Part shown: piece by piece, positions 57,830-64,000 of the stretch
Position numbering within the stretch: the stretch's first letter is position 1
How the letters are laid out: each line of letters starts with the position of its first letter
Source: an uncultured virus (IMG/VR IMGVR_UViG_3300046786_000599)
Taxonomy: Duplodnaviria; Heunggongvirae; Uroviricota; Caudoviricetes
IMG/VR virus record: IMGVR_UViG_3300046786_000599
DNA length: 64,000 nt
Strand: one strand, 5' to 3'
Notes under the pieces: model-generated
Databases searched by the model: none
Told to the model about the DNA's origin: nothing
The model's input: the letters and a program-made list of their open reading frames with translations, nothing else
Program-made: the position numbers and the translations under genes

Positions 57830-58457
57830 GTGTGGCGTTGAGATGGTTTATAATCACCAATCCAATTTTTGTCGAAGTAAGAGAACCAATGCCAAGTGTA
57901 TTCGGTGTCGTCACGACGGCCAACTTATAGGACGAGTTCAGTCGGAAGAAGAAAAAGAAAAACGGGCTAAAAAACTTAGAGGAAAGAAAAGAAGTTTAGA
58001 ATCGAGAAAAAAATACTCCGAATCTAAAATTGGAAAAAACAATCCGCGGTTTGGAAAACACACGTTAAAATCGGAAGAACATAGACGGAAAATTAGACTA
58101 TCCTGCATTGAAACTATTAAAAAACGTTTAGAATCAGTTGGGAAAACTATGCGTCCGAGTTTTAACATTAATGCATGTAAAGCAATAGATGAATATGGAA
58201 AATTGCATGGATATAACTTTCAACACGCAATGAATGGCGGAGAATATCATATTAAAGAATTGGGATATTGGTTGGACGGTTATGATGAAGACAAAAACAC
58301 AGTTATTGAATTTTTTGAAAACAACCACTGGCACAGAAAAAACAAAAATAAAGATTTAAACCGAGGGAAAGAGATAGTTGACTTTCTGGGGTGTGAGTTT
58401 ATAATACTAAGAGAACAGATTGGAGGCATTTATTTACCAGAATATTTTTTGCGATAA
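57753..58457 (+). mobile_element. Homing endonuclease-like protein (Zn ribbon + NUMOD3 + Vsr-like)
   Basis: WKRNCSKC, KNNPRFGK, SEEHRRKI, YWLDGYDEDKNTVIEFFENNH. Confidence 0.72.
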
Positions 58458-61098
58458 GAAGAATGATTTAGTATATCTTTGGGATGACGAACAGGGAATG
58501 CGGTCTTTTAAATTCCAAAAGTATGCTTACAGAAGACGTACTGGCGGTCAGTATAAATCAATGTATGGTGATGATTTAGAGAAAACTATTCATTTCGACC
58601 CCCGTGATCAAGATGTTTTTGAAGGCGATGTTCCTCTCGAAACGAGAATTTTGATTGATGGTTATGAAAATTCAGATGAACCGTCCAAAGGACATAAGGT
58701 TTTAATTTTCGACATCGAGGTTAGTTCCGAAGGTGGATTTCCTGTAATTGAAACTGCTGATAAGGAAATTACCGCTATTGCTTTATACGACAAAGTTGCT
58801 GATCAGTATCACGCTTTGATTGTAGATAAGGATTACAAAATCAAAGATGAAGATAAAGGCAACGTTTTCATCCGATCTTATCAGAATGAAGAGTCGCTTT
58901 TAAAAGCATTTCTCAATAAGTGGGAAGAAATTCAACCAACAATTGTAAGCGGTTGGAACATTGACTATTTTGATGTGCCTTATATTCACAACAGAATTAA
59001 GGTTGTATTGGGTGAAAGAGATGCTGGTAGACTGTCTCCAATTGGAATTTGTTATATGAACAAATTCAATAAAAAAATGGTGGTTGCTGGAGTTTCTTGT
59101 TTGGATTACATTTTACTTTATAAGAAGTTTATTGGAAAAAACCGACCATCTTATGCTTTGGGTCAGATTGGTAAGTTAGAAGTAAAGATGGATAAAATCG
59201 AGTATAAAGGTTCTCTAAATACTTTGTATAAAGAAGATATCCAAAAGTATGTAGATTACAACTTGAACGACGTTTATATTGTTAAAGCATTGGATGATAA
59301 ATTCAAGTATATTGAACTTGCCAGAGAGATTTGCCATGTTGGACATGTTCCTTATGAATGGTTTCATATGTCATCAAGGTATCTTGAAGGGGCAATCCTA
59401 ATGGATTTGAGGCGGAATAAGTTGGTTGCTCCGAACAAACCTATCAATGGAGCAGAAGAACTTGAACAGAAGGAGGCTGACGGTGAAGAGGGGTTTGAAG
59501 GAGCATATGTTAAACGTCCTGTTCCTGGTCGGTATGATTGGTTGTATGATTTGGACCTTGCATCAATGTATCCAAATATCGTCATTACACTCAATATCAG
59601 TCCGGAAACCAAAGTCGGAAAAGTTCGTTCTGTGGAACTTACTCCAGAAGGAGGAAAGTATTTCACGGAAAAACTAAAAGGACGTTATGCTGAGTTAGAT
59701 GAAAAAGATCAAAAAAACTTATCCGAGTTTGATTATGTTAAAATGCATATCAGTGATTTTGATTCCGACTGTTTTTCTCAGAATTATATTTCTAATGTAG
59801 ATTTGGGTGGTTCAAAATATACAATTGAGGATTTCAAGAAACTGCTCACCGAAGAAAAACTTGGAATTAGTAGTAATGGTGTAATTTACGTAAGTCAACA
59901 ACAAGGCGTTATTCCTAAGTTGTTGAGCCAGTGGTTCAAACAACGTAAGGAAATGCGTCAACTTTCCAAGAAATACCATGATGAAGATAATAAAGAATTG
60001 GAAGAGTATTACGACAGAAAACAATATACTTGGAAAATCATGCTTAACTCCATGTATGGTGGCCTTGGTTTGCCGGTTTTCCGTTTTTATGATGTTGACA
60101 ATGCTGCTGCTGTAACAGTGACAGGTGTGACAATTATTCAAACGACTGGTAAACTGATTAATCAGTATTATAGGAACGTTTGTAAGACAAATGAGGATTA
60201 TGTGGTTTATCAAGATACCGATTCTTGTTTCGTTTCTGCGGTTCCTATTGTTAAGGTTAGAAATCCTAATATGGATGTTTCTGCTACTGAAAGTAATGAA
60301 GAAATGGTAAAAGCAATTCTCGGAGTTGCTTCCGAAATTCAGGATTTCATTAATAAAACTTATACAGTAATGGCAAAAAGAATGTTCAATGTAGATAAAC
60401 ACACATTGGAGATTAAACAAGAAATCATATCAACCACAGGGTTCTGGCTTGCTAAGAAACGATATGCTCAATGGAGAATCAATGAAAACGGTAAATACAT
60501 CAAGGATGATAAACACAAACTTGAAGTAAAAGGAATTGACGTTGTTAGAACAAGTTTTCCTGCTAGGTTTAGGTCATTTTTAGAAGAGATATTAAAAGAC
60601 ATTTTGGCTAAAAAGCCTAAAGAAGAAATTGATGAAAAGATTCTTGCTTTTAGAAAAGGATTGAAAGATTTATCTGTGACGGATGTTGCTAAAAATACAT
60701 CCGTCAAATTTTTGAGTCAAGATGGCAAAACCAATTATGACCCCAAATCAAGACATCCATTTCATATTGTTTCTGGAACACCAGCTCAAGCAAAAGCTGC
60801 TATATACTACAACGATTTGTTAAAGAAATTCAATCTACAAGTTAAAGTAGAAAAAATCCATAGCGGTAGTAAAATTAAATGGGTTTATTTAAAAGGCAAC
60901 CCACATTGTATGGATTGTTTAGCGTTTAAAGCAGATGGAACCGATCCAGATAAAATAATGGAAATCATTAATACTTACATAGATAAGAAGGGTTTGTACG
61001 AACATGAATTGAGAGGTAAATTAATGGATTTCTATACAATTCTCGGATGGAATTTTCCATCGGCAGATGCTAGAAAATCATTGGAGTTTTTCTCATGA
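58420..61098 (+). CDS. Family B DNA polymerase (T4 gp43-like); start may be ATT at 58432
   Basis: FDIE, GWNIDYFD, YNLND, DLASMYP, KIMLNSMYG, YQDTDS, KKRYA, KGIDVVR. Confidence 0.95.
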   Translation: MEAFIYQNIFCDKKNDLVYLWDDEQGMRSFKFQKYAYRRRTGGQYKSMYGDDLEKTIHFDPRDQDVFEGDVPLETRILIDGYENSDEPSKGHKVLIFDIEVSSEGGFPVIETADKEITAIALYDKVADQYHALIVDKDYKIKDEDKGNVFIRSYQNEESLLKAFLNKWEEIQPTIVSGWNIDYFDVPYIHNRIKVVLGERDAGRLSPIGICYMNKFNKKMVVAGVSCLDYILLYKKFIGKNRPSYALGQIGKLEVKMDKIEYKGSLNTLYKEDIQKYVDYNLNDVYIVKALDDKFKYIELAREICHVGHVPYEWFHMSSRYLEGAILMDLRRNKLVAPNKPINGAEELEQKEADGEEGFEGAYVKRPVPGRYDWLYDLDLASMYPNIVITLNISPETKVGKVRSVELTPEGGKYFTEKLKGRYAELDEKDQKNLSEFDYVKMHISDFDSDCFSQNYISNVDLGGSKYTIEDFKKLLTEEKLGISSNGVIYVSQQQGVIPKLLSQWFKQRKEMRQLSKKYHDEDNKELEEYYDRKQYTWKIMLNSMYGGLGLPVFRFYDVDNAAAVTVTGVTIIQTTGKLINQYYRNVCKTNEDYVVYQDTDSCFVSAVPIVKVRNPNMDVSATESNEEMVKAILGVASEIQDFINKTYTVMAKRMFNVDKHTLEIKQEIISTTGFWLAKKRYAQWRINENGKYIKDDKHKLEVKGIDVVRTSFPARFRSFLEEILKDILAKKPKEEIDEKILAFRKGLKDLSVTDVAKNTSVKFLSQDGKTNYDPKSRHPFHIVSGTPAQAKAAIYYNDLLKKFNLQVKVEKIHSGSKIKWVYLKGNPHCMDCLAFKADGTDPDKIMEIINTYIDKKGLYEHELRGKLMDFYTILGWNFPSADARKSLEFFS

Positions 61099-61250
61099 TA
61101 TATAAAAGCATAGACGAGTTGGACGAATTAACTTTGGAAGACATTGAAGAGTTCGATAGCGTTCTTATATGGGACGTGAGTGAACAAAAAACAAAAAAGG
61201 TGTCAATACAAACTTTAATGGATTATTTAAAAATGATTAATAGTCAATAA
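61095..61250 (+). CDS. Small acidic protein (51 aa, not in ORF track)
   Basis: MIYKSIDELDELTLEDIEEFDSVLIWDV...KMINSQ; ATGA overlap with the polymerase. Confidence 0.55.
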   Translation: MIYKSIDELDELTLEDIEEFDSVLIWDVSEQKTKKVSIQTLMDYLKMINSQ

Positions 61251-61526
61251 TAAATTGACGTTATTTGTGTATAGTGTAAACTATTGACAATGAAAATTAA
61301 TTATGGATTGATAGCACTTCAACACGTAAAAGGTGTAGATTTTAGAATTTTACATTTTTGTGGATATGAGGAACCACCAACAGATTTTGATAAAACTTCT
61401 TTAATGAAAGAATTAAAATTTGATCCGGAATTTGGATTAATTAATGAAGAATTTATTATAATAGAAGCAGAACCACGTTTAGTAAAAGAGTATTCAAAAA
61501 TGATTAATGGTCAATAATAAATTGAC
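61224..61526. repeat. 36-bp direct repeat (61224-61259 and 61491-61526, 2 mismatches)
   Basis: TATT(T/C)AAAAATGATTAAT(A/G)GTCAATAATAAATTGAC. Confidence 0.9.
61290..61517 (+). CDS. Hypothetical protein between the direct repeats
   Basis: ILHFCGYEEPP; ATG 7 nt after TTGACG-16-TAAACT. Confidence 0.6.
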   Translation: MKINYGLIALQHVKGVDFRILHFCGYEEPPTDFDKTSLMKELKFDPEFGLINEEFIIIEAEPRLVKEYSKMINGQ

Positions 61527-61536
61527 TAATTAGTTG

Positions 61537-62193
61537 TTAAATAACAATCCACCCTTTACAGTTGTTGCTTCTTTTATGGATTAAGTTGTAAAGGTTTGCT
61601 TTATCAAAACTGTATTTTTTAGAAAAGTCGGAACGTATTCCTATAAATGTCTTTTTGGTTATTACATTTAGAAATGTAAACATTGTTTTGTTAGGAGTTC
61701 CCATTTTTAATCTTGTTTCATTTGAATGCGTTTTTCCAAAATTTGGATTTTTTGAACCTATATATCTACCTTTCATCAGATTGCTTTGTCGTTGTTTTTG
61801 TTCTTCTGTATGTCTGAACTCAAAATGGATTTTTAATTTTTTATGAGTTTTGCTCATTTTTTCTTTTGTGGTTTTGTTATGAACTCTGTTTCTCATTGGA
61901 GCGATGGCATCAAAACAAATATTATAAGTTTTGTCTGGTTCTGATTTTGCTATATCCAAATATTTTTGTTCAATTAATAACAAATCGTTTGACTGAACAT
62001 TTTCTATTACAGAATATGACCATACCGATTTTTCATACTTATTCCAGGCATTTTGGAGTTTCGGATTATTATGTCGGTTTTTATTTAAAAGCCGTTTGTG
62101 GTCATAAAATCTTTTTTGTATATTACTACTGCTACCAACATAGTAATTTCCGTTAGTTTCGTTGATTATTTTGTATATTCCGCTTATTTTCAT
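61537..62193 (-). mobile_element. GIY-YIG homing endonuclease with NUMOD3 motifs
   Basis: SGIYKI..YYVGSS, HNNPKLQNAWNKY, EQKYLD, NPNFGKTHSNETR. Confidence 0.9.
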
Positions 62194-62314
62194 AATATCT
62201 TTTTAATGCTTTGTTTCGTTGTTTTTTTACATTTTTCCAGTAATAACACATTTGTCTTTTTCTTCTAGCAATTAATTTTTCTGTATCGGTCAGATATTTC
62301 TTTTTTCTTCCCAT
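62153..62314 (-). CDS. Small basic MGRKK-type protein (53 aa, not in ORF track)
   Basis: MGRKKKYLTDTEKLIARRKRQMCYYWKNVKKQRNKALKRYYE; TATTTATT upstream. Confidence 0.65.
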   Translation of the reverse strand: MGRKKKYLTDTEKLIARRKRQMCYYWKNVKKQRNKALKRYYENKRNIQNNQRN

Positions 62315-62388
62315 ATTAATAAATAATATTTAGAATTATAAAAGTAGAGAAAAAGTAGAGAAAGATTTAATTTTAATTTACCAAAAGG

Positions 62389-62417
62389 TTGACTTTTTGT
62401 TGCGTTGTTGTTATGAT
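62389..62417 (+). promoter_or_regulatory. sigma70-like promoter
   Basis: TTGACT-17nt-TATGAT with TG extension. Confidence 0.65.
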
Positions 62418-62441
62418 GGTTTTTAACAAAAGGATTTTAAT

Positions 62442-62876
62442 ATGAAAATAGATTTAGAAGAAGTTGAAGCTAAAATGTTGGAACTCAAGATTGACCCGAT
62501 GAAGGTTAATCAAGTTGTAACCGAGTTGGAAAAAGTAGTTGAAGAATTGGCAGATGAACGAAAAGCTGAAGCAGGTCCAAAGGCAAAGTGGGAATTTGTT
62601 ATAGTTCTCAATGACAAAGATGGTTATTTGAAGGGCAAGGAAATTGCTGGATGGGTAGTTCAGAAGCCAGAAGAAGATGATGCTAATCTTGTACTTTCTA
62701 AATTGGCAGATGCTGCTAAGTCACAGAATGAAGTGACAAAGAAAAAGGCTAACAGAATTAACGATCTGGTTTCTTTATTTGAACACCTTAAATCCAAGTT
62801 CACTAAGGAAAAGAAGGTTAGAGTTAAGACCAAGGAACTCACTAGAGTTCTTATTACAGATGGGAATATCGTATGA
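62442..62876 (+). CDS. Hypothetical protein
   Basis: 144-aa ORF with AAGGA SD. Confidence 0.65.
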   Translation: MKIDLEEVEAKMLELKIDPMKVNQVVTELEKVVEELADERKAEAGPKAKWEFVIVLNDKDGYLKGKEIAGWVVQKPEEDDANLVLSKLADAAKSQNEVTKKKANRINDLVSLFEHLKSKFTKEKKVRVKTKELTRVLITDGNIV

Positions 62877-63280
62877 ATGAAGAAGATGTTGGTTTAAAGA
62901 AAGAAATGAATGAAGCTTTTCATACCATGAAGGATAATACACAGGTCAATAAAGATGAAAAACAACTTCGAATTGCTAAGTTGAACATGCCTGCTACCGT
63001 TGTTGATTTTTTGATGGACCATTATGGGTTTTTTGATTTGGTAGAACTTAATACACTTACCCTTTATATTTTAAAAACCTTCGGTCATATAGAAAATGAT
63101 GGTTTTAAATTCGCCATACATAAAACGACAGAAGGCAAAACTGAAGCGTATGAACTTGATATTCACGACTTGATTGCTAAGTTTAGAATTCAGTTGGCTC
63201 AATCTTTAAATCAAAATAAACTATATGACCCTGAAATAAAGATTGAACATAAGGAGAAAAATGAAAAAGATAGTGTGTGA
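62873..63280 (+). CDS. Hypothetical protein
   Basis: 135-aa ORF with ATGA coupling. Confidence 0.6.
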   Translation: MNEEDVGLKKEMNEAFHTMKDNTQVNKDEKQLRIAKLNMPATVVDFLMDHYGFFDLVELNTLTLYILKTFGHIENDGFKFAIHKTTEGKTEAYELDIHDLIAKFRIQLAQSLNQNKLYDPEIKIEHKEKNEKDSV

Positions 63281-63458
63281 TAGTTGTGGCTCAGAAAATG
63301 CTAAATCATATAAGTATGAAGTTTTTCCTACACGGGCAATCTATTTCAAAGACTTCTGCGTAAACTGTTTACAAGAGTTTGTTTTGAAAAATCAGGTTAA
63401 ACTTACAGAAGTTCAGGAAGATAACAGATCTACTAAAAAAAGGATTATACATGGCTGA
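63261..63458 (+). CDS. Small Zn-finger protein
   Basis: CDSC..CVNC; AAGGAG SD. Confidence 0.6.
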   Translation: MKKIVCDSCGSENAKSYKYEVFPTRAIYFKDFCVNCLQEFVLKNQVKLTEVQEDNRSTKKRIIHG

Positions 63459-63606
63459 TGAAAAGAAAATAGAAGTTCCAAAAGAAAAACATCTATTCAA
63501 AGATAAGAGTGCGGCTGGCAAGGGTGACAGACCGAGAAATGTTAGTCGTGACTATTGGAATAATTGGGAAGATATAAAAGGCTTTAAAAAGCCGAAGTTT
63601 AAATAA
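63451..63606 (+). CDS. Small phage protein (51 aa, not in ORF track)
   Basis: AGKGDRPR..YWNNWEDI; AGGA SD. Confidence 0.6.
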   Translation: MADEKKIEVPKEKHLFKDKSAAGKGDRPRNVSRDYWNNWEDIKGFKKPKFK

Positions 63607-63607
63607 A

Positions 63608-64000
63608 ATGGCAAAGAAGTATAATAAGATTATGCCTTTTGAGGATAACACGAAAGTCTTGACTCAATTTGGTCAATTGCCTCTTTCGGTTATGGAGTTT
63701 CAAAACGAACCGAAATGGAGTTGTGCATATTTTGAACAAGATAAAGAAGAACAACGTAGGTCAGATGACTCTAAGTATTTGCCTGGATTGGGAATGTCTG
63801 AGTTTTCATCTGCCGTGTGTGAATTTATAGTCAAATACTGGTCAATGAAAAACGCAACTATTATTGACCCATTCGCTGGTAGAGCGACGAGGGCAGTAAT
63901 TTCGACCAAATTGAAGAGGAATTACGTTGGTTATGAAATTTCGCCTAGAACATATCAAAGGAGTTTAGAACACTTTGCTAAATTAGAAATTAGTCCAGCC
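63608..64000 (+). CDS. DNA methyltransferase (N4/N6-type), 3' truncated by window edge
   Basis: Open frame from ATG 63608: ..VCEFIVKYWS..IIDPFAGRATRA..RNYVGYEIS (SAM-binding motif I). Confidence 0.72.
   Translation, partial: MAKKYNKIMPFEDNTKVLTQFGQLPLSVMEFQNEPKWSCAYFEQDKEEQRRSDDSKYLPGLGMSEFSSAVCEFIVKYWSMKNATIIDPFAGRATRAVISTKLKRNYVGYEISPRTYQRSLEHFAKLEISPA

Noticed and set aside
59812..60420. Long antisense ORFs (e.g. 59812-60420, 12929-13456, 6602-7069, 53296-53643)
   Set aside because: They are shadows of well-supported genes on the opposite strand and carry no recognisable motifs.
381..61098. Inteins or introns in helicase, RNR or polymerase
   Set aside because: ORFs are continuous and of normal size. 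The polymerase insertion after SPETK lacks C...HN splice motifs.
1..64000. tRNA, rRNA, CRISPR array, integrase or IS element
   Set aside because: Intergenic gaps are short, and I saw no cloverleaf, spaced repeat array or transposase/integrase motifs by eye. tRNAscan/Infernal were not run.
1..64000. Stop-codon reassignment as in some large phages
   Set aside because: Conserved genes are full length in the standard code, and TAA, TGA and occasionally TAG all end genes.

Overview
AT-rich, densely coding 64 kb segment of a large, probably jumbo, tailed phage with a T4-like replisome: DnaB/gp41 helicase, gp62-like clamp-loader subunit, family B DNA polymerase, class II RNR, dNMP kinase, dUTPase and a PD-(D/E)XK nuclease. 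It reads in the standard code. I found no tRNA, rRNA, CRISPR array, intein or integrase. The centre (about 15.2-52.6 kb) is a ~37 kb glycan-biosynthesis island. It encodes dTDP-rhamnose, 3,6-dideoxyhexose/colitose-type, TPP branched-sugar and heptose-kinase enzymes, two B12 radical SAM proteins and about 13-15 glycosyltransferase-like genes. It has no flippase, polymerase, ABC exporter or initiating phospho-glycosyltransferase, which points to cytoplasmic glycosylation of virion proteins or DNA. One sugar reductase carries a 37-aa N-terminal extension resembling a T4-type major capsid protein N-terminus. Other notable elements are three Mom/DUF4338 GNAT-like putative DNA modifiers plus a DNA methyltransferase, a GNAT-kinase fusion next to a macrodomain, a MoxR AAA-vWA/peptidase pair, homing endonucleases each led by a small overlapping +1-frame ORF, apparently leaderless sigma70 transcripts and a recurring TATTTAT late-promoter-like motif. 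All functional calls come from motif recognition by eye; no database search was run.
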